From an uncultured Verrucomicrobiae bacterium (lineage in GTDB: Bacteria; Verrucomicrobiota; Verrucomicrobiia; Chthoniobacterales; JAFAMB01), in assembly GCA_963762565.1 (NCBI GenBank), contig CAVXLD010000012.1, forward strand, positions 416,001 through 480,000: 64,000 bases of DNA. Direction: 5' to 3'. Of this stretch, positions 1-9,479 are shown piece by piece. The notes under the pieces are model-generated. The model did not search any database. It saw nothing but the letters and a program-made list of their open reading frames with translations, and was not told the DNA's origin. The position numbers and the translations under genes are program-made. The number at the start of each line of letters is the position of its first letter. The first letter of the stretch is position 1.

Positions 1-87
1 CGCCTGTTGCGATATTTTCTCGCCAGCTGAAACGCTGAAACAAATAACGCGAAGTCATGAGGTACATGGCAAAGCGGCTCCCCTCCG
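1..87. repeat. Family A REP/REPIN-like element, right end (truncated by window edge)
   Basis: AAAGCGGCTCCCCTCC at 71-86 and CGCCTGTTGCGATATT at 1-16 are reverse complements of the left arms of the copies at 9136 and 17930. Confidence 0.8.
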
Positions 88-128
88 GGCCTTGGGCAAA
101 TACACGCCTTATCAACGTGCCAACCGTT

Positions 129-162
129 TCGAGGACGAGGACGACGACGAGGACGAGAACGA
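129..162. repeat. Family F (GAGGAC/GAC-rich) short repeat, uninterrupted form
   Basis: TCGAGGACGAGGACGACGACGAGGACGAGAACGA; similar copies at ~13905 and ~18286. Confidence 0.75.
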
Positions 163-190
163 TTCAGCTGGCAGCATTGCTGGTCGCTCA

Positions 191-1102
191 TCATCGATGG
201 GCCAGCAGGTTGTCAATTCCCGTTTCCCGGACCTTCACGAGATCATCGGCCGATTTGATAACACACCCGATGGTCTGGTCAGCGGTCTCGCTGTCCAGAT
301 TCGTCTTCTCCAGAAGCGCCAACGTAGCCGATAAATCCAAGGTCTCGGCAACTCCTGGAATCTTCGTGAGACTCATCTTTCTGAGGGAATGCAAAAAATG
401 AACTACCTGTGCGCCGAGTTCCAGGCCGATGCCCGGCAGCCTTGTGTGGACGATGTCCATCTCCTTCTCGAACGTGGGATAATCAATCCAATGATAGAGA
501 CATCTCCTCTTCAGCGCGTCACTCAATTCACGGGCGCCGTTGGAAGTGAGAATAACGTGCGGTCTCTTCTCCGCCTTGATCGTTCCCAGTTCCGGAATGC
601 TGATTTGGAATTCACCGGTTACTTCAAGCAGGAATGCTTCGAACGCTTCATCCGCTCGGTCAATTTCGTCTACCAGCAGAACGGGAGAGGCCTCTTTGGA
701 AGAGATCGATTTCAATAATGGCCGGCGAAGCAAAAAGTCTGGTCCGAAGATGTGTGCCTCCAAGTCTTGGACATTTCGATCGGTTCCCTCTCGCATTTTA
801 ATGGCCAAGATCTGCTTCTGATAGTTCCACTCGTAAACCGCCGAATTCACGTCTAACCCTTCGTAACATTGGAGCCGGATCAGCTCCGTTCCGAGGATTG
901 CAGCAAGTACTTTAGCCGCCTCGGTCTTACCGACTCCAGCGTGGCCTTCAATCAATAAAGGTTTGCCGAGCTTTACTAACAGATAGACCACGGTCGCCAG
1001 CGACCGATCCATGACATACCCCAAGCTCCGCGCTCTCGCGATCAGATCATCAATGCTCCGAATGTCCTGATTTCCGGAGTCCGAGTTAGATGAAGCCGCC
1101 AT
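191..1102 (-). CDS. coxD: MoxR-type AAA+ ATPase, CoxD CO dehydrogenase maturation chaperone
   Basis: Walker A GHAGVGKT, RLQCYEGLD, Walker B LLVDEIDRAD, LSDALKRRCL; lies downstream of coxMSLG. Start moved to ATG 1102 because 1103-1165 is heptamer repeat. Confidence 0.88.
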   Translation of the reverse strand: MAASSNSDSGNQDIRSIDDLIARARSLGYVMDRSLATVVYLLVKLGKPLLIEGHAGVGKTEAAKVLAAILGTELIRLQCYEGLDVNSAVYEWNYQKQILAIKMREGTDRNVQDLEAHIFGPDFLLRRPLLKSISSKEASPVLLVDEIDRADEAFEAFLLEVTGEFQISIPELGTIKAEKRPHVILTSNGARELSDALKRRCLYHWIDYPTFEKEMDIVHTRLPGIGLELGAQVVHFLHSLRKMSLTKIPGVAETLDLSATLALLEKTNLDSETADQTIGCVIKSADDLVKVRETGIDNLLAHR

Positions 1103-1109
1103 AGGAAAG

Positions 1110-1250
1110 AATAGCAGATAGCAGATAGTAAAAAGAAATGACAGATGACAAATGACAGATGACAAACTGGAGGGCGGCGCCCCTAATTTGTCATTTGGGA
1201 TCTGTCATCTGTCATTTCTTTTTACTATCTGCCATCCGCTATTTGCTATT
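1110..1250. repeat. ~140 bp imperfect palindrome built from heptamer runs (GACAAAT/GACAGAT, GCAGATA) between coxG and coxD
   Basis: 1111-1166 is approximately the reverse complement of 1187-1249; overlaps the coxG stop codon. Confidence 0.85.
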
Positions 1251-1830
1251 TCTTCTCGTCCGATTCTGGCCGAAAAATGCGCCCGATCGGTCGGAGCACG
1301 GCGGAGACAGCCACTGCTCCCGCATCAATCGGCTTTACCTCTTGCGGTGGTCCATTCTCCGCTCCTCCGGCGGCTTGCTGTTGAAGGCGCCGCCGCAGGT
1401 TCTGAGTGAACTGCTCGAACATCTGGTTTGCGACTTCTTGAATCATTCTGCTCCCCATTTGTGCGAGAATACCGACCACATTCAGCTCCGAGATAGTAAC
1501 CACTTCGGAACCTCCCTCGGGTAAGTCCCGAACCCTTCCGGTCATCTTCATAGACGCGCTGCCCTTACCCCGGACATCTTGCCCTTTTCCGATCATCTCG
1601 ATCTCGCGATTCTGATCATCTAGCCGCTCAATGTGTGCCTCACCTTTATAATCGCTTACGGCGGGGCCGAGCTTGATTTTGATAACCCCTTTGTAAGTCC
1701 TCTCATCCACTGCTTCGGTAACCTGTGCCCCAGGCACGCAACCGGCCACACTCCTTGGGTCGCTGAGGATCTTCCAGACCTCCGCTGCCGGTTCAGGCGT
1801 CTTGAAGCTTTTTTCAATCTTAATCGCCAT
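1246..1830 (-). CDS. coxG: CoxG / SRPBCC-fold CO dehydrogenase accessory protein
   Basis: VWKILSDPRSVAGCVPGA, KIKLGP, LAQMGSRMI motifs; directly downstream of coxL. Confidence 0.85.
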   Translation of the reverse strand: MAIKIEKSFKTPEPAAEVWKILSDPRSVAGCVPGAQVTEAVDERTYKGVIKIKLGPAVSDYKGEAHIERLDDQNREIEMIGKGQDVRGKGSASMKMTGRVRDLPEGGSEVVTISELNVVGILAQMGSRMIQEVANQMFEQFTQNLRRRLQQQAAGGAENGPPQEVKPIDAGAVAVSAVLRPIGRIFRPESDEKK

Positions 1831-1836
1831 ACAGCT

Positions 1837-4200
1837 TTACTGAGTTACTCCTTTCTCCCCTTTCTCCTTTAGGATCTGCCAGATTTTCCAAGGAGAGAGC
1901 GGCATATCAATGTGTTTGACCCCGAGATGTGATAATGCGTCTACCACGGCATTAACAAACGCCGCGGGCGAGCCCACATTCGGCGATTCTCCTACTCCCT
2001 TCGCGCCGAACGGATGATGGGGTGAGGGGGTGCAGGTATGACCCGTTTCCCAGTGCGGGGTTTCGACGGCGGTGGGTACCAAATAATCCATGAATGTCCC
2101 GCCCTGAACGTTCCCGCTTTCGTCATAAGTGATTTCCTGCATAAACGCGATGGCGAGTCCCTCTGTTAATCCCCCGTGAACCTGCCCTTCGACGATCATC
2201 GGATTGATAATATTCCCGCAATCATCCACCGCGATAAATCGCCGGACCTTGACCTCACCGGTGCCCTTGTCGATATCCACCACGGCAATATAGGTGCCGA
2301 ACGGGAAGGTTAAGTTTGGTGGATCATAGTAGTTAACTGCTTCTAACCCAGGCTCCATGCCTTGTGGGAAGTTAGTGTAGGCAGCAAAAGCGATCTCTTG
2401 GATCGTCTTCGATTTGCCAGGTGCGCCTTTCACGGAAAACTTGCCTGGCTCCCATTCCAGATCCTCTTCGCTGACTTCAAGTAGATGCGCTGCAATTTTT
2501 CGAGCTTTATCCCGAACTTTCCGAGCGGCTAATGCCGCGGCCGCGCCGGACGTCGGTGTGCTGCGACTCGCATAAGTACCCAGTCCGTACGGCGCGGTAT
2601 CAGTATCGCCTTCTTCGATCGCCACATCCGCGGCCGGAATCCCGAGCTCTTGCGCGACGATTTGGGCATAAGTGGTCTCGTGTCCTTGTCCTTGCGATTT
2701 TGTCCCCATTCGCATGATGGCCTTCCCTGTCGGATGAACTCGAAGCTCTGCGCTGTCGAACATCTTGAGCCCGAGAATGTCGAATGTGTGCGATGGCCCG
2801 GCTCCCACAATCTCGGTGAAACTCGATATCCCGATCCCCATCAGTTCCCCTCGCTGCCGTTTCTCCTCTTGCTCCTTCCGTAGCGCCTGATATCCGATCT
2901 TTTCTAGGGCCAGGTCCAGCGCTCCTTGATAATTGCCGCTGTCATAGTTCCAGCCTAGTGGGCTCAAGTAGGGGAACTTGTCCGGAGGGATGAAGTTCCT
3001 CCGGCGGAGCTCAGCCGGATCCATCTTCAATTCCTGTGCGAGAACGTCCATCGCTCTCTCGATCAAATAGGCCGCCTCAGTGACCCGGAAAGAGCAACGG
3101 TAAGCGATGCCGCCCGGCGCTTTATTGGTATAGACGCCGTCGACCTCGGCAAACGCAGAGGAAAAGTCGTACGAGCCGGTGCAGATACTAAACAGGCCCG
3201 CCGGGAATTTCGTCGGTTGCGCGGCTGCGTTAAAAGCGCCGTGGTCAGCCAGGGTCTTAACCCGTAGAGCTTTAACTCTTCCTTCCTTATCAGCAGCTAG
3301 TTCGGCCTCCATGTGGTAGTCCCGGGCGAAGCCGGTTGACTGCAGGTTCTCCGATCGGGTTTCGATCCACTTAACCGGACGCCCCAACGTAAGCGCAGCG
3401 ACAGCAGCGCAGACGTAGCCCGGATAGACCGGCACCTTATTACCAAAGCCACCGCCGATATCAGGGGATATCACGCGGATATTCTGTTCCGGTAGTCCTG
3501 CCACTAGCGCAAAGACCGTTCGATGTGCATGAGGTGCTTGGGATGTGATCCAGGCCGTCAGCTTGCCGGTCGCGGAATTGAAATCGATCACACAGCCACA
3601 TGTTTCCAGCGGAGCCGGGTGACAGCGTGGGAAGAAGGCCTGTACCAGAGCCGTAACCGGTGCCCCCTTCATCTGCTCTTCGGTTGCCGCGCGATCGCCG
3701 ACTTCCCAATGAAAAATAAGATTCGATTTTTCTTCCCGATCATCCCGCAAAATCGGCGCATCCGCGTCCTGAGCTTTGTGCGGATCCACCAGCACCGGCA
3801 GCTCTTCGTAATCTATCTCAACTAAATCCGCTGCGTCGGCGGCCGTGTAGCGATCCTCAGCAACGACGAAAGCGACCTCCTGCGATTGGAAGAGCACCTT
3901 GCCTGTCGCTAACACCATTTGCTTGTCGTGGAAAAGGGTTGGCATCCAGGCCAGATTGGCTTTGGCTAAGTCCTCACCGGTAATGACTGCGAGCACGCCG
4001 GGTAACTTCTTAGCTTCTTCTGTCCGAATGGCCTTAAGACGAGCATGCGCGTAAGGGCTGCGCACCATGTGTCCGTAAACCATGCCGGGCAGTTGCACGT
4101 CGTCGATGTAGTTGCCTTTCCCTTGAATGAATCGCAGATCCTCTTTGCGCTTAATTGAGTGGCCCATTCCCCCGATTTCTGGAGATGTCTTGGCTAGCAT
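1837..4200 (-). CDS. coxL: Aerobic carbon monoxide dehydrogenase large subunit, form I (Mo-Cu)
   Basis: Active-site loop AYRCSFR (form I signature AYXCSFR), IGGGFGNKV, SQGQGHET. Confidence 0.97.
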   Translation of the reverse strand: MLAKTSPEIGGMGHSIKRKEDLRFIQGKGNYIDDVQLPGMVYGHMVRSPYAHARLKAIRTEEAKKLPGVLAVITGEDLAKANLAWMPTLFHDKQMVLATGKVLFQSQEVAFVVAEDRYTAADAADLVEIDYEELPVLVDPHKAQDADAPILRDDREEKSNLIFHWEVGDRAATEEQMKGAPVTALVQAFFPRCHPAPLETCGCVIDFNSATGKLTAWITSQAPHAHRTVFALVAGLPEQNIRVISPDIGGGFGNKVPVYPGYVCAAVAALTLGRPVKWIETRSENLQSTGFARDYHMEAELAADKEGRVKALRVKTLADHGAFNAAAQPTKFPAGLFSICTGSYDFSSAFAEVDGVYTNKAPGGIAYRCSFRVTEAAYLIERAMDVLAQELKMDPAELRRRNFIPPDKFPYLSPLGWNYDSGNYQGALDLALEKIGYQALRKEQEEKRQRGELMGIGISSFTEIVGAGPSHTFDILGLKMFDSAELRVHPTGKAIMRMGTKSQGQGHETTYAQIVAQELGIPAADVAIEEGDTDTAPYGLGTYASRSTPTSGAAAALAARKVRDKARKIAAHLLEVSEEDLEWEPGKFSVKGAPGKSKTIQEIAFAAYTNFPQGMEPGLEAVNYYDPPNLTFPFGTYIAVVDIDKGTGEVKVRRFIAVDDCGNIINPMIVEGQVHGGLTEGLAIAFMQEITYDESGNVQGGTFMDYLVPTAVETPHWETGHTCTPSPHHPFGAKGVGESPNVGSPAAFVNAVVDALSHLGVKHIDMPLSPWKIWQILKEKGEKGVTQ

Positions 4201-4222
4201 TTGAAATTCCTCTGCGTTATTC

Positions 4223-4735
4223 TTACGGCTGGGTTGCGGATGCGTTCACTGCGGATGTGTTGATCTTCTCGGCCGCATACTGGACCGCTTTCACGATGTT
4301 CTGGTAACCGGTGCAACGACATAAGTTGCCCGAAATTCCCCAGCGAATGTCTTCCTCGGTTGGATGAGGATTCTTCTCCAGCAGAGCACAGGCTGACATG
4401 ATCATGCCGGGCGTGCAGAACCCGCATTGGAGTCCATGGCTTTCTTTGAATCCCTCCTGCAGTGGGTGCAAGGCGCTACTGTTACCGACTCCTTCGATCG
4501 TGCGCAGCTCGCGTCCATCGGCCTGAACGGCAAACAGCGTGCACGATTTTACCGCGCGCCCGTCGAGCAGCACCGTGCATGCGCCACAATTCGTCGTATC
4601 GCAACCGATATGCGTCCCGGTGAGCGCGAGATGTTCCCGGATGAAATGCACTAACAACAAACGCGGCTCGACCGCGGCCGCGCGGTCCTTGCCATTTACC
4701 TTTACTGTAATATCGATGACTTTCTTGTTAGTCAT
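4223..4735 (-). CDS. coxS: CO dehydrogenase small (2Fe-2S) subunit
   Basis: [26 protein letters not shown]. Confidence 0.95.
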   Translation of the reverse strand: MTNKKVIDITVKVNGKDRAAAVEPRLLLVHFIREHLALTGTHIGCDTTNCGACTVLLDGRAVKSCTLFAVQADGRELRTIEGVGNSSALHPLQEGFKESHGLQCGFCTPGMIMSACALLEKNPHPTEEDIRWGISGNLCRCTGYQNIVKAVQYAAEKINTSAVNASATQP

Positions 4736-4758
4736 AAAAGCTCTTCGATTAGTTTCTG

Positions 4759-5634
4759 CTAATGGTCCTGGGTCGCCCGGTTGAGCGCTTTAGTTAGTGC
4801 GCGTTTGGTCAATTCTCTCACCATCGCGACTTTGTATTCAGCCGGACCGCGGAGATCCGAACTCGGATGCGCTTCATCGGCTGCCAGCGAAGCTGCTTGG
4901 CTGATATTGCCGTCATCGAGCGCTTTGCCGCGCAGGAACTCCTCCGCGTTCTTGGCCTTGATCGGTGTTCCTCCCACGTTCGTCAGACCAATTCCGGCTT
5001 GTTGGCAAGTTGCCGTCGTGTCGACCGTTATCTGCGCCGCCACTCCGACAGTAGCGAAATCTCCTACTTTGCGTTCTAGCTTAAAATAAGCTCCACCGCT
5101 CCGAGCGGGCGGTATTGGAATTCGGATCTCTGTCAGTATTTCGTTGGGTTCGAGGGCAGTGGTGAAAATGGATAAAAAGAAGTCCTTTATGGGGATGTTC
5201 CTTTTTCCGTTAGGGCCCGTGGCAACGACCTCCGCATTAAGGGCTAACATGGTTGCCGGGTGATCGTTCGCGGGATCACCATGGGCCAGATTGCCGCCCA
5301 CCGTGGCCAGGTTACGCACCTGCGGATCGGCGATCGAGAAAGCCGTGTCTAAAATCAGCGGATATTTGGAGCGTATTAAATCGGAAGCTTCGAGATCGGC
5401 TTCCCTGGTGAGCGCACCAATCTTCAAATAGCCGTCGTCTTCCTCGATGTAGTCGAGGCCACCTATTTGATTGATATCAATAAGATACTCTGGCTGCGCC
5501 AGTCGCATCTTCATCATGGGGATCAAGCTTTGTCCGCCACTTAATATTTTCGCAGCATCACCGTGTTGCTGTAGTAACGAGATGGCCTCAGGAAGGGTCT
5601 TGGGCCGGCAGTAGTCGAATGCTTTCGGGATCAT
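4759..5634 (-). CDS. coxM: CO dehydrogenase medium (FAD) subunit
   Basis: [37 protein letters not shown]. Confidence 0.95.
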   Translation of the reverse strand: MIPKAFDYCRPKTLPEAISLLQQHGDAAKILSGGQSLIPMMKMRLAQPEYLIDINQIGGLDYIEEDDGYLKIGALTREADLEASDLIRSKYPLILDTAFSIADPQVRNLATVGGNLAHGDPANDHPATMLALNAEVVATGPNGKRNIPIKDFFLSIFTTALEPNEILTEIRIPIPPARSGGAYFKLERKVGDFATVGVAAQITVDTTATCQQAGIGLTNVGGTPIKAKNAEEFLRGKALDDGNISQAASLAADEAHPSSDLRGPAEYKVAMVRELTKRALTKALNRATQDH

Positions 5635-5666
5635 TTTTCAAAAGCAAACGTCCGCTTCTCCGATCA

Positions 5667-5697
5667 GGTAACTCTCGACAACCGGGCGAGAGTTACC
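5667..5697. promoter_or_regulatory. Perfect 11-bp inverted repeat in the coxM leader (operator or RNA hairpin)
   Basis: GGTAACTCTCG-N9-CGAGAGTTACC, 33-63 nt upstream of the coxM ATG; not seen elsewhere in the window. Confidence 0.5.
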
Positions 5698-5806
5698 CGG
5701 TACACTTAGGATAAGCAGACGGCAGTGGGATGAGGGGGGACCACAAACTACGCACGAAAAGGGCATTTGGACAGAAGAAGATTAAGCCCATGCTAACCGC
5801 GAGTGA

Positions 5807-6031
5807 CCTGGAGGGGAGCCGCTTTGTAGCGTGGTAGTTCTGTAGGTAGGCAGCAAGCGGTTCCCGGGAACGGCCTTGCGATGTGGCTCTCTCCAGGATT
5901 TCAAGGGTGAGCCGCGCGTCCTCCGAACCGAGACGGGAACGTCCAGGAAGTGGCGCATCTTGGGCTCTTCCCGGGAGCCGCTTGCTGCACCTCTGCAGAA
6001 CTGCAACGCTACAAAGCGGCTCCCCTCCAGG
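5807..6031. repeat. Family A REPIN-like element with ~64 bp inverted arms
   Basis: CCTGGAGGGGAGCCGCTTTGTAGCGT...GCAGCAAGCGGTTCCCGGGAA and its near-perfect inverse ending ...ACGCTACAAAGCGGCTCCCCTCCAGG. Confidence 0.9.
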
Positions 6032-6074
6032 CGTCGGGGCTGCTCCGTCAGGAGTTAAGCCCTACCAGAACGTC

Positions 6075-8147
6075 CTACTTCCGCGCTTTCTTTGCGGCCT
6101 CGATCACCTTCTGTTCTAGCTCAGCCGGCAGCTCTTGATAATGACTGAACTCTTCGCTGTGTAACCCGCGGCCGCCGGTGAGGGACCGAAGCTGAGTCGA
6201 GTACCGGTAAAGTTCGCGAGCTGGTACATGAGCCCGGACGACCTGGAAATTGCCTTCCGTGTCCATACCCAGAATCTTGCCGCCGCGACTTGACAAATCG
6301 CCGATTACTTTGCCCATGTAATCTTGCGGGATTTGGACCTCGAGCAATTGTATCGGCTCTAGAAGGCAAGGTCTGGCTTTAAGAAAAGCTTCTTTAAATG
6401 CCCAATAACCGGCGATCTGGAACGAAATATCGTTGGAATCGACCGGATGCATTTTGCCATCGTAAAAATCGACCGCCACATCGACGACTCGGTAACCGGC
6501 AAGAATGCCCTCGTTGCATGCATTGTGCACACCGCGCTCTACCGATGGAACATAAACTCGGTCGACGCACTGGCCGGAGAGCGATTCTTTAAATTCAAAT
6601 CCCGCGTTACGCGGTCTTGGAGCGATGCGCATCCAGACCTCCCCGAATTGCCCCGCGCCACCGCTCTGTTTCTTATGCCGATAAGTCGCCTCTGCCGGTA
6701 TCCTGATCGTTTCCCGGTAGCGCACACGTGGTTCGATGAGGTCAAAATGTACTTTGAACCTCCGGCGCAAGCGTTCAGCCAGTACATCCAGATGTAATTC
6801 CCCTTGGGCTGCCACGATCGTTTGATGCAGTTCAGGATCGGTTTTCACCACGAAGGTCGGATCCTCTTCATGTAAGATCGACAGCCCAGCCGCGATCTTG
6901 TCTTCTTCTCCTTTTGCTTGTGGGTGAAGAGCGGCGTGAACGGTCGGCTTGGGATAGACCGGTTCAGGTAATTTTACGGGACGGCTACCGGAACAGAGCG
7001 TGTTCCCTGTGTAACTGTTTTTTAGTTTTACGGTTGCGCCAACTTCACCTGGCCCAAGCTCATTGACGGGCACGCGATTACGGCCGTTCAGATAGTAAAT
7101 TTGGCCAACTCGCTCGAAGGAGCCACGCGAGCTGTTCAATAGGTCGATCCCGGTCTTGACCGTTCCCGAATAAACCCGGAAGAACCAGAGCTCGCCAAAC
7201 TGTTCCTCGTTCATGGTTTTAAAAATCTGAGCCACCGGTTCTCGGTCAGTGAGGCTGATTTCTGTCTCCTGACCGTTACCGTTGACACCGGCCACCTTCT
7301 GGCGATCTACCGGCGAGGAACCGTACTTAGCGATGAAATCCATGAGCCGGGCGACTCCGACCCCGGTCTCAGCCGATACGGAAAAGACGGGCGTGAAAAG
7401 TTGGGATTGAATCGCTGAATGGATTCCGCTGCGAAACTCTTCTTCCGAAAGCGAGCCTTGCTCGAAAAACTTGTTCAGCAGGGTGTCATCGGACTCCGCG
7501 ATAAGCTCGATTAGCTCCTGGTGCAGCTCGGTCACCCGTTTTTTCCACGGGCCGGTAGCCGGCTCTTCGTTGAACCGGCTGCGACCCGTGGTTTCGTAAT
7601 CCACAATATCGCTGCGTAAGACGTCTAGGATCTTGTTAAAACCCGGTCCCGGATTGACCGGGATGTTCAGGGGGAAAATCCGTCCGTATTGAGCCCGAAG
7701 ATCAGCCAGCACGAGCTCAAAATTGGCGTGTTCCTTGTCCAGCGCGTTCACCACGATAATCTTGGGGATGCCGCATTCCGTGGCGTAATTCCAAACGCGT
7801 TCCGTCCCGACGCCGGCTCCGTGTTGCGCGTGTACCACCACCAGAGCGAAATCTGCGACTCTCAAGGACGCGTACGTCTCGCTCATAAAATCCGGGTAGC
7901 CAGGGCTATCCAGGATATTAAATCGCTTATCGAGCCAATTCGTGTGTAACAACGACGTTTGAGTCGAAATCTGTCTTTGTCTTTCGCTCACATGATAATC
8001 GGACACGGTCGAACCTTCGCTGATCCGGCCCATTCGTCCGATCGCGCCGCTACAGAGCAGCATCGCCTCGGTGAGGATTGTTTTCCCGGACGAGGCGTGC
8101 CCGGTTACAGCGAAGTTGCGGATGTCCGCGGGGGCTAGCGGCACCAT
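6075..8147 (-). CDS. fusA: Elongation factor G paralog (EF-G2 / FusA2 type)
   Basis: GHASSGKT, DSPGYPDF, GELHL, HKKQSGGAGQFG, HPVDS; deviant G2 (RQIST) and G4 (NALD); not in the str operon. Confidence 0.9.
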   Translation of the reverse strand: MVPLAPADIRNFAVTGHASSGKTILTEAMLLCSGAIGRMGRISEGSTVSDYHVSERQRQISTQTSLLHTNWLDKRFNILDSPGYPDFMSETYASLRVADFALVVVHAQHGAGVGTERVWNYATECGIPKIIVVNALDKEHANFELVLADLRAQYGRIFPLNIPVNPGPGFNKILDVLRSDIVDYETTGRSRFNEEPATGPWKKRVTELHQELIELIAESDDTLLNKFFEQGSLSEEEFRSGIHSAIQSQLFTPVFSVSAETGVGVARLMDFIAKYGSSPVDRQKVAGVNGNGQETEISLTDREPVAQIFKTMNEEQFGELWFFRVYSGTVKTGIDLLNSSRGSFERVGQIYYLNGRNRVPVNELGPGEVGATVKLKNSYTGNTLCSGSRPVKLPEPVYPKPTVHAALHPQAKGEEDKIAAGLSILHEEDPTFVVKTDPELHQTIVAAQGELHLDVLAERLRRRFKVHFDLIEPRVRYRETIRIPAEATYRHKKQSGGAGQFGEVWMRIAPRPRNAGFEFKESLSGQCVDRVYVPSVERGVHNACNEGILAGYRVVDVAVDFYDGKMHPVDSNDISFQIAGYWAFKEAFLKARPCLLEPIQLLEVQIPQDYMGKVIGDLSSRGGKILGMDTEGNFQVVRAHVPARELYRYSTQLRSLTGGRGLHSEEFSHYQELPAELEQKVIEAAKKARK

Positions 8148-8192
8148 ATGTTACAATCATGTAACCGATCTGCAGCCGTTGCAAGCCCCGAC

Positions 8193-8302
8193 CTCGCTTA
8201 GGCTCGGTCGAATGACAAATGACAGATGACAAATGTCAGAATAGTTTGGCCAAACTGTCATCTGTCATTTGTTATTTGTCATCCGGGCGAGCCTAAGGCG
8301 AG
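8193..8302. repeat. Palindrome of GACAAAT/GACAGAT heptamers flanked by CTCGCTTAGGCTCG / CGAGCCTAAGGCGAG
   Basis: Inverted arrangement read directly; the flanking motif recurs at ~55567. Confidence 0.8.
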
Positions 8303-8317
8303 CCCCGGAATCTCATC

Positions 8318-8962
8318 ATGAAGAAAATCTTTCACACCCCAATTCGCACGTTTGTGGCCGGCTTGGTTGCGGTGCTGCCAGTGGTATTGACCGTGGCGGT
8401 TATTGTCTGGGTCGGGAGTGTAGTGGATCAATTTGTCGGGCCTCAGAGCGCTTTCGGTCGGTTGCTCATCTCGATCGGGCTTCGGGTTGTGGACACCAAA
8501 GTCGCTGCTTACCTGATCGGGATAGTAGTCGTTCTTACGGCGATTTATATGCTCGGGATATCTGTCGAAGCGGGCCTGAAGCATCGCTTGCAGACCTTTG
8601 TCGATCGGAGTCTCGGGCGAATCCCGGTGATCGGGAATGTTTATAACTTGGCCTACCGTTTTGTGGGCATGCTGGATCGAAAACAAGAGACCGATTTGAA
8701 AGCCATGAGCCCGGTCTGGTGTTTTTTTGGTGGGGAAGGCGGGACCGCGATGCTAGCCCTGATGCCGACCTCGGAACCAGTCATGCTGGGGGGCCGGGCA
8801 TGTCACGTGATCTTGGTCCCCGGCGCCCCGGTACCGATGGGCGGTGCGCTGCTCTATGTCCCGGTCGAGTGGATCAAACCAGCATCCTTCGGCGTGGAAG
8901 GATTGACCAGTATCTATGTCTCGATGGGAATTTCTACGCACCAATTTATGCGGGCTGGGTAG
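8318..8962 (+). CDS. DUF502-like membrane protein
   Basis: FVAGLVAVLPVVLT, RIPVIGNVY, VPGAPVPMGG pattern typical of DUF502; two N-terminal TM segments. Confidence 0.8.
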   Translation: MKKIFHTPIRTFVAGLVAVLPVVLTVAVIVWVGSVVDQFVGPQSAFGRLLISIGLRVVDTKVAAYLIGIVVVLTAIYMLGISVEAGLKHRLQTFVDRSLGRIPVIGNVYNLAYRFVGMLDRKQETDLKAMSPVWCFFGGEGGTAMLALMPTSEPVMLGGRACHVILVPGAPVPMGGALLYVPVEWIKPASFGVEGLTSIYVSMGISTHQFMRAG

Positions 8963-8983
8963 TGGATTGGGCCGTCGGGCTTG

Positions 8984-9094
8984 GTCCTTCCGCCTTCGCC
9001 GACTCTTTGTTGTGGAGCGCGCCTCGCTTGCGAGGCCGACATTGAGGGGGTTGGAGACATAGAGATTGGGCTACGGCGGACAAGCTGTTCTCGA
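8984..9094 (-). repeat. Composite nested repeat: family F site + hairpin cassette E + REP D in its loop
   Basis: Reverse complement reads TCGAGAAC-AGCTTGTCCGCCGTAGCC...GGCCTCGCAAGCGAGGCGCGCTCCAC...GGCGAAGGCGGA-AGGAC; homologous to 43227-43356 and 59671-59788. Confidence 0.85.
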
Positions 9095-9135
9095 TCGGGC
9101 GGGTCACGTCCACCAGGGGTTTTTGTTCCCAACGC

Positions 9136-9410
9136 CCTGGAGGGGAGCCGCTTTGGCATGTGGCAGGCGAGCTCTCGATATTTGTTTCAGCGCTGAGTCC
9201 TATCAAGAAATGTCGCAACAGGCGGCTCCCAGGAATAACCCAGGGTGATGATTTATCCAACGCTGCGACTCGTTTACACCCTGCCCATAGAGCTGCGAAC
9301 CGCTCAGTCGTTCCCGGGAGCCGCCTGTTTTCGTACGTGTCGGCCGGATTAGTGTTGAGACGAAATTCGCGAGGGCGGAAAGATACGCGCCAAAGCGGCT
9401 CCCCTCCAGG
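9136..9410. repeat. Family A REPIN-like element
   Basis: Terminal IR CCTGGAGGGGAGCCGCTTTGG / CCAAAGCGGCTCCCCTCCAGG with inner IR AACAGGCGGCTCCC / GGGAGCCGCCTGTT. Confidence 0.9.
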
Positions 9411-9479
9411 CGCTGGACAATCGCGCGTCGCATCAACGCACCATGTTATTTGAGGACGAGGACGCTGGGCTGGCGCCCA

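Noticed and set aside
5635..5800. Moco riboswitch upstream of coxM
   Set aside because: Plausible by context, but I could not recognise the conserved Moco motif elements; needs an Rfam scan
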